Shown here in pieces: positions 49,287 to 63,332 of a stretch of DNA of 64,000 bases. The DNA is taken from contig CP075497.1 of assembly GCA_021613535.1 (NCBI GenBank), positions 12,152,001 through 12,216,000 of the forward strand, written 5' to 3'. Below the pieces are notes generated by a model, which saw only the letters and a list, made by a program, of their open reading frames with translations, was not told the DNA's origin and did no database searches. A program made the position numbers and the translations under genes. Positions within the stretch are counted from its first letter, which is position 1; every line of letters begins with the position of its first letter. This stretch comes from Adineta vaga (taxonomy: Eukaryota; Animalia; Rotifera).

Positions 49287-50754
49287 TAATAAAGATATTC
49301 TTCTCGTTTATATTCGTTTCACTAAACTTTAAAACAGAATATTTTCTTCGTAGTCAAGTATCGATTAGTCAAGACATAATGGTAACAGATGGACGAAAGA
49401 GAGAGGCAGACACTCGCTACTCATAGTGTCGAATCAATTTTCACAGCAGTTGGTCGGATTGCTCTATGAGAGAAGAGATGAGAATGACGACGGAGACGAC
49501 AACAATGATGTATATGTTTGTAGTTGTGGCTACTACACTCGACTAGCGATGCCGAACATATGACTAACGACTGGCTGAAGAGAAGAAGAAGAAGGAGAGA
49601 AAAAACGAAGTAGAGTGTTAAGCTAAGAAGAAAGAGAAGGAAAAAATAGACGAGGAACGAATGACGACAATTGCGCGCTTTTCATAGCGTTCAACCGTTT
49701 TTCTTTCTCTCATTCTTTCGGAGAACGAGAAGAAGAGGGAGAAGTAAAGACTTGTTGTTCAGTGTCGGTGTAGCTGACCTTTGTATATTTATGTATATAA
49801 GTGTATACTCTATAAGAGAAGTTTTGATATCAATATAAGAAGAGAAAAAAGAAAAGAAAGAAAAGGTAGGTATTGAAGAGAAGAATATGAGATATGACCT
49901 TGTTAAATAAAATTTTATTCAAACATTGTCGACGTGATTAATTTTATGTATTCGTTTTGTCTCGTAAACATGAGATATCTCTTCAACAGTAGGAGATAAT
50001 TGCTAGGTTAAAAAAACACTAACTTTTCTTTCTCTTCCCGTTTCACAGCTTGTCATGCAACTGAATCATCATTCATGTAGAGAACAAAAAAAGCCATTAC
50101 TGATGACAAATCAAATCACATGAAAGGCATTTTCATTATTCATTTAATCATAGACACGAAGAAGAGAAAACGAGTATATCGTATCAAATATCTTGTTTCT
50201 AATCAATCAATCAATCATGATGAACAAACAAAAGATTTAAATGATAAGATATGTTGTATTTCTTTATTAACTAAAATTATCATGAATACCGATGTTAAAA
50301 ATTTCTAGTATAGATTGATTGATACGACTAAGGAACGAAAAGAAAACAGTTGAAATTGGATATGATGAAAAATATTGTCAGAGTTGTATTATATATGGAG
50401 ATATATTCAATATATGAAGATTTATTGAGTAAGCATATGTACTTTTGCATATAACACTTCAAGTGTTATGATTCGTTGAATATACTCTTTTTTTCTAAAA
50501 TTAAAAAACTCTTCTTCTTTTTTTTGAGATAATATCGATATTTATGTTAAAAAAACTGAGTGATTCATGCAAAGAAAAAGAAAGATCAAATTATAACTAT
50601 GTCAATAGATTGAGTCATTAAATTGTATGATTATATCAACAGTTTATATTTAAATGTGAAAAGAATGGCAGAATAAGAAGAGTCAGTATTGACGTGATTA
50701 TCGTCTATAATCAAAATTGCACAAGAACTGTTTTTTTTGATAATATTGGAAAAA

Positions 50755-51027
50755 ATGTCTACTGATTCTGACACACAACAAACAGCTTTAGTATTAACAG
50801 AAGAATTCGGTACCTCGTCACCGAGACGAACACGACGACGTAGATGTCAATCAGAACAAAATTATTGTACTGAAGATTATGTTGTTCAATATGGTGTACC
50901 TGTACTTATTATTATTCTCTTAATTGTTTTCTTTGTTCTCATCTTTATGGCTGTACGAAGATATAACAAGTATTGTCAACCTGGTAAAGGATCAACATGT
51001 CGAGGATTGATATGGTATTTTACGTGA
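50755..51027 (+). CDS. Small single-pass membrane protein, unknown function
   Basis: About 90-codon ORF with host-like codon usage, one 22-residue hydrophobic helix followed by RRY, Cys-containing tail, AT-rich flanks. Confidence 0.55.
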   Translation: MSTDSDTQQTALVLTEEFGTSSPRRTRRRRCQSEQNYCTEDYVVQYGVPVLIIILLIVFFVLIFMAVRRYNKYCQPGKGSTCRGLIWYFT

Positions 51028-52123
51028 TATTATCAGAAATGTAACTTTTTACAGCGACTTTCTTAATCGTGAATAATCGTTTTAGTTTAACTATAAAAAT
51101 GAAATAAATCTTGAAACTATATTTATTTTTTGGAATTAATAAAGACAGAAAATATGTGATACAAAAGCAATCGTGAAAGAATATTTGAATTATTTTTATA
51201 AGAAACAAACTATTGCTTTTGATTAACATGATTGACGATGAATTTGTTCGTGAGAAACATGTGTTGCTTCAAATGTTTGCTCATGAAAAAAAAACGAGTT
51301 TCGTTCGTATTCAATGTCATTGGTTTAGGTAAAGAAGGATTTAAATGAAAAGTAAAATTATTAATACATCGTTGTTCATATAAACATTGAGTTGAACTTT
51401 AAAGAAGTACTTCGAATAGAGAAATATATCCTTGAAAAGAAGGTATTGATAGTGTTAAACAAATAGAATTTCTATATCCTTCTAAAATCATATAAACAGT
51501 TTCATTGAATTTCATCTAAAATGAGGAAACAAATGTTTGCTTTTTTTAATCGATTTTATCAGAAATTTTTCGAATTAGAATAAGATTAACAAATGATAAA
51601 GCATGTATTGAAAAACAATTTGTTGAGATTATCTAAAAATATGAAATCATTCTCTCGAAGTTTTCTGTAATATTCAATCCTATTTTCACAAAAATTGTTC
51701 AAAATAAAAGATAAATCGAATAAATAAAATTGACAAAAAATCTTTAAGATTATGAAAAGAGCAGCGAGATAATTCAATGTTAGAAAGTATAACAATCACA
51801 CATTGACTTTTTTCGTATCATATTTGAATAGTTAAATTCAAATTTCAATTTACACATGTATGATTTATCGACTGTATTTAATCAAGTGCTATCGTTTCTT
51901 TTTTCTTATTTCGATATTTTAATATGTCTTCTTTGGAACTTTAAACTACAGCATATCTACTATGAAAGATTTGAGTTATCCACTGGATTCAACAATCGAA
52001 TAAGTGCTCATGAAGAAACCAAACAATTTCGATAGGTAAGATAAAATTTTTTGTATTCATATAAAAAGATACAGAGTTTAAAAGTTATTGTCAATATCGC
52101 TGGATTATCAATTTAAAACTGCA

Positions 52124-55100
52124 TTAAAAACTACCACATGGTTGAAAAATATCGTCTTTATTTGAAGGAATAACGGAATCTATTAATTCATCTTGACATG
52201 CCATTCTTATTTGTTCACATGTTAGCGGAACGTTTAATGTAAATGGTTCTCGTCCAGTACGATAAGCTGCAATGGCTTGTTTTATAGCTAAAAATACTGT
52301 TACTGATAAGAATAAAGGTGGTTCACCGACAGCTTTTGATGAATAACAAACAGTACGTTCATTTTCTTCATGTTCACTTAAGAGTGTAACACGAAAATCA
52401 ATTGGAATATCATTTGCCGTAGGTATTTTATATTTGTTTGGATCGGCATTACGAAGAGAACCACGTTGAGATATCCATGGATGTTGACAATCACCTTGAA
52501 TAAGTTCTTCGATTGTAAGATAACCGACGCCTTGCATAAATGCACCTAGAAAGAAATTTTCATGATTACATTTACATAAGAATTGAAATATAAGTATATC
52601 TTACCTTCAATTTGTCCAATATCAATAAATGGATTCAATGATTTCCCAAAATCCATGAGAATATCCGTTTTTATTATATGAAAATCTCCAGTCAAACAAT
52701 CAATTTCTACTTCGCTCATTGCAACACCTTGTGTAAAATACATAAAATTAACGTCACTTTTCTCAAAATTATTCTTTAAAAATTTTTCCGGTACAATATA
52801 AAACCCATATGCAGATAATTGTGCACGTTCTTGATATGCTTGTTCAATTAATTTTTCCCATGTTGTTGTTGGATGTTTATGTTTTATAGGTGCAAGATTT
52901 TTATTTAATTGTTGACAAGCATCAATCAAAGCTGGACCATAAAGATCAGATGATAATGAACCAACTGTTGGCGTTGTATTTGCTATTTTATCTGTTGCCG
53001 TTTCATGAAAACGAATTAAAGAAATATCAATATCAAGTTGTTCAGCAGTAATTTGAATCATTTTCATTTGAAGACCTTGACCTAATTCGATTCCTAAAAC
53101 GACAAACACAGTAAATGAATTTAAAATTTGGATAAAATACATACCACCATGTGTAATTAAAACACTTCCATCTTTATAGATGGTTACTAATGCACCAGCT
53201 TGATGAAAAAGTAGAGCCGATGGTGCTCCAATACCGAATTTTGTTCCTGTTATACTCAATCCTCTTTTTCGAAATTGATTTTTCTCATTAAATTCTTTGA
53301 CATCTTTCAAACGTTGTTCATATTGACCTGATTCTTTTAATTTCTTCCACATTTGTGGTACAAGCCAATCTTTCTTTTCCAATTCTTGATTAAAATATGT
53401 TCGTTCACCTGCTTTATACATATTTATTTCACGTACAATTGACGGATCATCATTTAATTGTAAATAACTATGAACATGATCCACAATAAATTCTGCTGCT
53501 AAAAGACCTTCTGGACCACCAAAGCCTCGCATTGCTGTATTACTTGGTAAATTTGTTCGACAAACCCGTCCTGTAACTCGCATATTTTCACATTTATAAA
53601 TATTATCACAATGTGTCATGGTCCGTTCTAACATCATTAAACTCGAATCTGTTGTACAACCACCATTGGCAAAAAGACGAATATCCACAGATTTTAATTG
53701 ACCATTTTTCATAAAACCAACTTTATAAAAGATTTTAAATGGATGACGATGACCAGTTATTTTCATATCTTCTTCACGTGTTAAACATAAACGTACTGGT
53801 TGTTGTAAATGATAAGCAGCAAGCGCAGTTGCTACACATGGAATAACATTACGTGATTCTTTACCACCAAAACCACCACCTACACGTAAAACATGACAAA
53901 TAACTTCATTTGCATTGAGACCTAAAGCTTCTGCAACTGATTCTTGAATTGTAGTTGCACCTTGTGTTGATGCATAAACATGTAATTGTGTATAATGTCC
54001 TTCACTAATTGGTTGTACAAGATAAGAATTTGGTTCCATATAAAAATGTTCTTGTGCACCAATATAGAATGTTCCTTCAATAACATGATCTGATTTACTA
54101 AAACCTTTTTCAATATTTCCAATTTCTAAAACTCTTTCCTGTAGACCAGGTGGACCTAGATAACTTTCATGTTCAATTGCCTCGTCAATTGTTAAAATTA
54201 CTGGAGTTAATTCTTCATATTCAATACGTATTAATCGTGCAGCTTGTCTAGCATGTTCTTCTGTATCTGCAACACATAATCCAATAGTCATATCCATACA
54301 ATTAACAATTTTCGAAGAAAATATTTCTTCATCTTTGATCATTATACCAAATTGATTTGAACCAGTTGGTGGTATATCATGATGGGAATAAAATTTAATA
54401 AAACCTTCAATTGATTGTGCTTCATCTGAATTGATTGATAGAATACGTGCATAAGGTTTACTACTAAGAACAAGTGCACTATGAAGTGTATTTTGTGATG
54501 AAGGTAAATCATCAATATATTTTGCTTCACCAGTTGCATGAATGTAAGCATTATGATGGATTTTTGGTTGATGGATATATTTCGTTTGTTTAGTAGAATC
54601 AAATATTTGTTCACTATGAGAGATAGGACGTTGTTTTTGAAAAAGCTCTTCGGATTTGTTGGAAACATGAAGATAAAATTTGAATAGAAATGATATAACT
54701 AGAGTACGACTAAAACAATCAAATAGAAAAATAATCCTACGAATTTAATATATTTACCGATATTCTGGTTGTCCATTTTCAGAAAATTGGTCCAATTGTA
54801 TTTCTTCTAACAGATGATTTTTCACATTTGTCATAATTTCATTTTTTGTCCATTCACATTCGCCATTATTTACATAGCTTATTGTTTTTTCCGGTATTAG
54901 AATTTCACCATTACCAAAACCACCAAATGCCATATTAAATAATAGAATTTTTTTATCTAATTTCAACTTAAATGCACATGTAACAATACCAGTATCATGT
55001 TTACGTCGATGTGCTTGTTTATAAGATTGAAGATATTCATTCGTATTTAAAAATGGAATAAATATCGATACAAGTAATAAATCATCTTTATTCATTGTAT

Positions 55101-56352
55101 TTAAATCTTTAATTTCAATTTCAATTTCATTTTTATTTAACAAATGAATAAATCGTAATTTTGTTTCGCATACATAAAATATTGGTAAAAGATCTGATGT
55201 ATGTTTACGACTATGATTTAAAATATGTCCTCCAATTGTTGCTTGATTTCGTACTTGTCGACTTGCATTGAAATCAAGTTGTTCGTGAAGTATTTCATAG
55301 AGATGTTGATGTTTTGGATTTAGTGATAAATGAAATTTTAATTGAGATAATGTTACACATGAACCAATGGTAAGACCATTGGATTGTTCAGATAGTTGTT
55401 GTAATTCGGAAATTTGAGAAAGATGAATAAGAATTGGATAACGTTGTTGATGAACAATATCATCGAAAGTTTCTCCAGTATTACCAGCAATGAAATGTAT
55501 TTCGCTTGGATTAGAATATTGTTTCCGAAAATTAAAGAGCTGATCAAGACTTAATGGACGATAAAATTCAATATTTGTACCTTTGATATAAATTGGTTTT
55601 CTTTCACATTCTTTTTCTAATTCTTTTGGAAAATCGATGATTAATTCATGTGGAATATCTTTTTCTGCAAATGATTTCTTCGCTCCATCTAAAATTGGTC
55701 GATAACCTGTGCAACGACAAAGATTACCATCAAATGTATCTTCAATATCATGTAATGTTGGTCGTTTTTCTGTTGAACAATTACTCAATGTATCATAAAG
55801 TGACATACACATTCCAGGTGTACAAAATCCACCTAAAAGAATTTCATTGAATTTCTTCTCATATTAATCATATTCTTACATTGTGAAGCATAATTTTCTG
55901 CTAATGTTCGTTGAATTGGATGTAAATTACCACTTAATTTATGTGTTGTACCAAGACCTTCAATCGTTACAATATGACAACCATTCAATGTACATAAAAG
56001 TGTTAAACATGAATTAACACTGAAATGAATCACTGATTTTGTAACAGGATTATATTTTGAAATAACAACTGTACATGAACCTAGAAATATAAACAAAAGA
56101 AATAAAGAATTATTAGAAAGATATGAAACATACCACAACCACCTGTACCACATCCAACTTTTGTACCAGTAAGATTTAATTCTAAATGATGACAAAAAAA
56201 GGATTAAATAAAGAAAGAAATTTAGATGAAGATGATATACTTGTTCTTAAATAATAGACCAATGTCCAATGTGGTTCAGGATTTTTTTCGATAATTTTCT
56301 TTCGATTAACATAAAATATCAAATAATTATCTGTATCTATATCGATAGTCAT
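52124..56352 (-). CDS. XDH: Xanthine dehydrogenase/aldehyde oxidase-family molybdo-flavoenzyme
   Basis: GCGTGGCGSC and QCGFCTPG...NLCRCTGY 2Fe-2S motifs, FAD domain (QVRNQATIGG), QEHFYME, GGGFGGKE, RGFGGP, IGQIEG, SKAVGEPP. Six short introns. Confidence 0.93.
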
Positions 56353-56587
56353 TTGTTTTTGTGTTTTACCTATACAATTCACACTGTTATATAGTGCAGA
56401 CAAAAATAAAAACTACCCGATTTGATAAGTGAGTTCGAAGAGTGTATATCGACGTTCTTTCTTTAGATTTCAGTAGATAAATCGATGCATTGCGACTTCT
56501 ATCGACACTAAACATGTTTGGATGAATATCAGCTGATAAACTCGAGAGGTCGTTCATTCTCGTTTCTTTTTTTATTTAGAAAACAAA

Positions 56588-57480
56588 ATGTTTTCATCTT
56601 CATGTGATACGATGATGGTTCAATTATTTTTGCGAAGAATAGTGATCGTCAAGCAAATGAACCTTTATCAACTCGTTATATTCCATCGAAAAAATGTCCA
56701 TTAAATTCGAAAATCATAACAACATATATTGAAATCGATCAAGTTGAACAAACATATTCATGTATTTTATTTTCTTCAGCAAATATTTTTGGTGCTGAAA
56801 TGAATTTTAATTCTTGTGGATTAGTTGTTGGAAATATAGCTTTATTTACAAAAGTTTCGTCGAAAAATGAAGGTTTAACTGGAATGGATTTAGTACGACT
56901 AATTTTAGAACGATGTTGAACAAGTCAAGAAGGAAAAAATGAAATTAATTATATTGAAATTTGTATGCATGCTGGTTTTGGTCCAAATCGATTTAATCAA
57001 ACAACTGGTTCATTAGTTTCAGTTATTCCAACAACAACAAATCAAATTCCAATACATTATGTAACTTGTACAACTTTCAATGGGAAATATTTCACAACAA
57101 GAAAGAAATCAATTTACAATATTTGGATTTGATAAAGTAATTTGCATGGAGAGAGAAAGAAAGATTTGATTTGAAATCGAATAATTATTTTACTTTAGGT
57201 TGATGAATTATTAAATGAATGGTTTTTAAGAACATCATTTGATATAAAAAGTGAACTGTCATTTTGGGAAGAATTAAGACGGAACAAATGGAGAAGATCA
57301 GCTAAAATTCCATCAAATTATTTATTTTTTTCAAAAGTTGAATATGGAAAAAATCTTCTGTTATCAATTGGTTTATTGATTCTATTAATTCTGTTTTGGA
57401 AAGTTTTTATGAATAATTCTAGTGAACAATATTTGATTCTTTCTTTATTGTTTTTTAATTTATTTTTATATATCAAACGA
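56588..57480 (+). pseudogene. Secernin-like pseudogene (decayed duplicate of 59504-61227)
   Basis: High similarity to the intact gene, with a deletion after SCDT, CGA>TGA at 56917-56919 and two large internal deletions. Confidence 0.9.
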
Positions 57481-57699
57481 GATTTTTTTTTACATTTTAT
57501 TCAAAACTTTGTATAAACTTTTTGTTTATTTAGCATATTGTACAAAATCATTAGCTGTTCTAAAAAGATACAAACATAGCATATTATTATTCAATTGAAG
57601 TTTATAATGAGTGAACCTGTCGAAAATTCCTTTTGGATTTATTACTTGAAGAAGTTGCATAGTTGATTCAATGAATAAAATATTCGCTAAAAATTGCAA

Positions 57700-58195
57700 G
57701 ATACATGTTTTCCTTATGGAAGAGCAAAATATGTCTCATTACTGAATAAATTATTCTGTCAGAAATATTTGACTGACTGCTGCGAAACGAGTACGAGATA
57801 ATTATACAAAAAAAGCTTAAAGTCAACTTACATTCACATTTTGTTTCTTCTAAATGTTTTGCCACTTGATCGATTGCCACATTCATGATAGCTTCTCTAA
57901 GAAAATACTCGTTATTATATATAGAGATGAAAAGGCAAATTAAACTACATACTGCTCCATGGAAAATATTTCATCATCCCAACTAATCGCTGAACCCATT
58001 TCACGAGGTTTAACAGCATCTTGAATCACCACTAAAACAAATATCAGATTTACTTTATGGATCACATGATAAAGTTTCTTACAATCAAAATGTTGTAATT
58101 TATAATTTACTATTACACGTTTGTGTAAAAACAGAACTTTGTATTCAGCTTGTTCCGGAGGCAAATCTGATTCAATCAGTTCAGATAAAATCTAA
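57700..58195 (-). other. Spliced coding fragment of unknown family
   Basis: Exon-like blocks (ILSELIESDLPPEQAEYKVLF..., VIQDAVKPREMGSAISWDDEIFSME, EAIMNVAIDQVAKHLEETKCE) separated by GT-AG introns; no clean start found. Confidence 0.4.
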
Positions 58196-58619
58196 CAAAG
58201 AAAAAATAATAATACAAGGAATTTTTTTATTAAGTTGCTCACTTTTATACATTCACTGTACCCGTACGATAGTACACAAAGATATTAATCTTTAAGATAT
58301 GATACGAATGGATATTTATATACGACGAGATCATCTAGACGGACAGGCGGATATATAAATCTTTCTATAGTATATTAGGGAATGATACTATCCGATGAAC
58401 AAAATACAATGCATGTCTTTTATTCTTCTCTCCTTTGCTTATTCATCACCCAAATATTGTAACGTGACGAAATCAAATGCCGCTCTGTTCTAATTAATTA
58501 GTCAGTTATTAGATTGAGATAAAAATGGATCGATATGACGGTTGATGTGAAATTCAACGAATCTGAAGGTGTGAGTGCTATTGATGCGATACTATAGTGT
58601 CCTCATTCACTCTCATCCT

Positions 58620-59184
58620 TGTGGAATATCTTTTTCTGCAAAGGATTTCTTTGCATCATCTAAAATTGGTCGATAACCTCTTGAACGATTACTCAATGTA
58701 TCATAAAGTGACATACACATTCCAGGTGTACAAAATCCACCTAAAAGAACTTCATTGAATTTTTTCTGCTAATGTTCGTTGAATTGGATGTAAATTACCA
58801 CTTAATTTATGTGTTGTACCAAGACCTTCAATCGTTACAATATGACAACCATTCAATGTACATAAAAGTGTTAAACATGAATTAACACTGAAATGAATCA
58901 CTGATTTTTTTGAAGGATTATATTTTGAAATAACAACTGTACATGAACCTAGAAATATAAACAAAAGAAATAAAGAATTATTAGAAAGATATGAAACATA
59001 CCACAACCACTTGTACCACATCCAACTTTTGTACCAGTAGGATTTAATTCTAAATGAAAGAGATGGTACATAGATAATAAATTAATGTCCAATGTGGTTC
59101 AGGATTTTTCCCGATAATCTTCTTTCGACTGACATAAAATGTTAAATAATTATTTCCCATTTTTTCATCTGTATTGATAGTCGT
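58620..59184 (-). pseudogene. Truncated 5' duplicate of XDH
   Basis: Near-identical to 55649-56352. Start ATG>ACG (59182-59184), deletions remove the CRC Fe/S ligands and part of an intron/exon, and the copy ends before the FAD domain. Confidence 0.9.
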
Positions 59185-59503
59185 TTTAAAAGTGCATGTA
59201 AATCATGTTGATACTATATGTAGAATAAAAAGAAATAAACAGTATGATATACGAGTTCGACGAGTATATGCGTGTATTTTTTCTCTCTTTCTGTATGTCT
59301 GAATAGATTTCAGCAGTTATCTTTTTTTTTTGAGATTCAATAGATAAATAAGTTTTGTTTGAAATATCTTCGTTGTTAGCTTGCATAGATATCGATGCAT
59401 TGCGACTTCTATCGACAATAAAAATGCTTGGATGGATATTCAGATAAAATCGAGGTCATTTCTGTAAATCTATCTCTATTCTCTATTTAGAAGTACAAGG
59501 AAA

Positions 59504-61227
59504 ATGTTCTCTTGTTCATGTGATACAATGGTTGTTATGAGCGATGTTACAGATGATGGTTCAATTATTTTTGCGAAGAATAGTGATCGTCAAGCAAATG
59601 AACCTTTATCTACTCGTTATATTTCTTCGCAAAATTATCCTTCAAATTCAAAAGTAAAAACAACATATATTGAAATCGACCAAGTTGAACAAACATATTC
59701 ATGTATTTTATTTTCTCCAACAAATATTTTTGGTGCTGAAATGGGTTTTAATTCTTGTGGATTAGTTGTTGGAAATGAAGCTTTATTTACAAAAGTTTCA
59801 TCGGAAAATGAAGGATTAACTGGAATGGATTTAGTACGATTAGTTTTAGAACGATGTCGAACAAGTCGAGAAGGAAAAGATGAAATTATTTCTTTAATTA
59901 ATAAATATGATCAAGGAGGAAATTGTGGATTTTCATCATTAATGTATTATCATTCAAGTTTTTTATTAATTGATTGTAGTGAAGGATGGATTATTGAAAC
60001 AATTGGGAAAGATTATGCAGCAAAAAAGATTACGAAAGGTATTTATACAATGTCAAATATAATTTCATTTGGAAATCTTCATACATTTGATGAATATTCG
60101 GAAAATTTAATTCAATATGCGATTTCCAAAGATTGGTGTCAATCAAAAGAAGATTTTCATTTTCAAAAATGTTATTCAGGATTTTCATATCATCCTAAAG
60201 AATTCTACAATGGTTTTTTTAAAACACATTTTGCATGTAGTCATATTAGACAAACGAGATCAAATGAATTAATCAATAAATCAAATAAAAAATTCAATGT
60301 TATCGATATGTTTCATATTTTACGTGATCATCAATATTCTCATGATAATCCATCAACTGGATTAACTAATATTGATATTTGTATGCATGCTGGTTTTGGA
60401 CCAATACGATTTAATCAAACAACTGGATCATTAGTTTCAGTTATTCCAACAACAACACATCAAATTCCAACACATTATGCAACTTGTACATCAATACCTT
60501 GTCTATCGATATTTAAACCAATCTGGTTAGATCCATCGATAGAACCTCCGAGATTTCTATCATCATTTGATGATAGAAATCTTGGAAATGCGTCTTGCAC
60601 GTATTCATTGAATAGTATTTGGTGGAAATCAGAAATAGTAACAAGAAATCTGATGCAATATTATCGAAGATTAATTAAACAAATTGAAATTGAACGAGAT
60701 GAATTAGAAAATGAATTTATTTTAAAATCAAGGAAAATTTCATTAACTAATATTTCACAAGAAGAAAGAAATCAACTTACCATCTTTTCATTTGATAAAG
60801 TATTTTCGAAAAAAAGAATTATTTATTTTATTCAAAAATTGAATATTGTTTATTCTAATTTAAGGTTGATCAATTAATAAATGTATGGTTTTCAAGAAGT
60901 TCATTGTTATCATTCAATACGAAAAGTGAACTTTCAGTTTGGCAAGAATTATCATGGGAAAAATGGAGAAGAGCAGCCAAAATTCCATTATCATATCTAA
61001 GTTATCCGAAAATTGATTACGGAAAGAATCTTATTCTATCAACTACTCTTCTTTTGGTGATATTCATTCTATTTTGGATATTTTTTATGAAAAATACAAT
61101 TGAACAATATGTTATTGTTTGTCTATTGTTATTTAATTACGTTTTTATTTATCAAATATTTATTAAGAAAACAAAAAGAACAATGAAATCTAAAATAGAA
61201 TTACCGAGATTTAATTTTAATGATTAA
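59504..61227 (+). CDS. Secernin/peptidase C69-like Ntn-hydrolase with C-terminal TM segments
   Basis: SCDT N-terminal nucleophile, FAKNSDR..NEP, GAEMGFN, GMDLVRLVLER, ILRDH, ICMHAG, QTTGSLVS, SIFKP. One intron ~60800-60864. Confidence 0.88.
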
Positions 61228-61545
61228 ATCGATTAGTTTTTATATCTTTGTTTAAATTTTATTAATAAATCATTTAAAGTCAGATTTAGGTCTTCTTGAG
61301 GGTGGGTGTGGGTGTTGGTATTCTCAAATTACTTACATTCACACTTATACCTTCAACTTCCTTTTTAGACGTTTGTAGAGTATTTATTTGAGATAGAAAT
61401 GAACAATAGAGGTATACATGAAACGCAGTCAGCAAGCGATATAAGTGAAAAATGAACGGATTTACAAATAAAATTCATAAAAGTCTTCTATGCTTATAGC
61501 TAAAGTGTTTTATAATAATCACCCATTGATGAAGTTATACGTTTC

Positions 61546-63332
61546 TTAGCCACTAAAACCACAATTGCTTTGCCTCAAACAATAATATTGTCCAGAATTG
61601 AAAGTATCATAAACACAACAACCAATAGCAGTATTACAAGGACCGGCGTATTGGGGATGACTAGGATCACACAGACCAATCATAGAGCCAAAGTTTCTAC
61701 TTGTACAAAAAGTGGAAGCAGCACCACAAAAATTGGATCCACTATCGACACATACAAGATTACAAGTAGTAGTATTAGGAGAAGCACTAAAACCACCAGT
61801 GCAAGTAGTGGAACAATATGGGACTGTAGTCGTCGATGCTAAAAAGAACAGTGAAATAGTAAATATAAAATATTTTCGTTTTATTTTCAATATTTGGAGG
61901 ATTGGTATAGATGCGAATGAAGAGGAAACATTTACCCTTACTCACATTCTACACTATACTATTCATAAACTTATTTTTTATTTAAACAGCCACATCGTCA
62001 ACTGAGAAAAGATGTTTGATGATTAAGTTTTCATATATACAAGAAATGTTTTACTTACTAGTAGTGGTACTAGTAGTGGTAGTGGTAGTGGTGGTGGTAG
62101 TGGTAGTGGTGGTAGTGGTAGTGGTAGTGGTAGTGGTAGGAGTGATAGTGGTACTAGCGGTACTAGTAGTAATGATTACCATAGCAGTGGTAGCGGTAGT
62201 ATGTAATACTGTTGTCGAAGTTGTGGTAGATCTTGTAGTAGTAAGTTGTGAGTTAGTTGTATCAATTGTTGTTGTAGATTCACCAGATATTGTTTGCACT
62301 AAAAGAGTTAGTTACATATCATATGTAAAATTTTTATTTCTAAGTTTCCATAATAATCTTTTTAGTTGACAAATAATTCTTTTTATGTATTTATTCACTC
62401 GCAGTACACGATGATCGTAAGACGTATCATCCTCAAAATAATCCATCGATGAACTATAAACAACTCAAAAGGACAGAGTTCGTCTTTTGCATTTTAATTT
62501 TATAGTAATTGTGTTAATCGGTTGTTTTTCTTATATTCAATATTCTCTAGAGAAATTATTTCAAATTAAATCATCAATATTTACCGTAATGTTCAGTTAG
62601 ATTTAACAGTTGAAGTTGAAGATCAATACTATTACCATTAAGTAATGGTGCGACAAAAGGAAAATTTTGAAGATTTAAGAGTTTAGACAAGATTCGTTGT
62701 CTAAATGACATTTGGCATTGAAGAACATGGGAACATTGACGTGGATACAGAGCTTGTAAAATAACATCGAAATATACTTTTGAAGATGCATTACTTGTTG
62801 GTGTTGTATCTCTTCAAGTAAAATTTATCATGATTAACATGTTTTTTCAATGTCAGACAATCATAGCTACTTACTGTCGACGAAATCGTTCTGTTGAATA
62901 ATCATCATCTGTATAACATACAGCAGACCTAACAGATATGGTAAACAACGATACTTTTGCAACTTTATCAAACTGATCAAAGAAAAATAATCATCAGAAT
63001 ACGTTATAATTATTAAGACTTGCTTGACTTACTGCTCTCCCTAAACTCGATTTGTCGAATGGCGAAGAAACAGCACGAGTAGAGACCTGATGAAGATTAG
63101 TTAAGTTTGTTAAATATCGTAATAACCACAAATCCGTAGCTAAAATGAAAATGAAAAGAAAACGACATGTTCTACATATTTATAATGGTCAACATACCAT
63201 TGTCATTAGACTTAGTTACAATAAAATCATCATTAGGAAGGTATAAGGATACCAATGAAGGTATCAAAGCAATCACAAAACTTAAGAATACGCAACCGAA
63301 AATAAACATTATAATACTAGTTCGTTTACCCT
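61546..63332 (-). CDS. Multi-exon mucin-like membrane/secreted protein with Thr-rich stalk and Cys-rich C-terminal domain
   Basis: Last exon has about 11 Cys and the preceding exon is poly-Thr. Upstream exon-like blocks include a hydrophobic helix (63200-63330). The 5' end and exact splicing are uncertain. Confidence 0.55.
62057..62200 (-). repeat. (ACT/ACC)n coding trinucleotide repeat (poly-Thr)
   Basis: gtagtg/gtggta array on the + strand. Confidence 0.9.

Noticed and set aside
62016-62369. Poly-Val ORF
   Set aside because: Antisense reading of the poly-Thr repeat.
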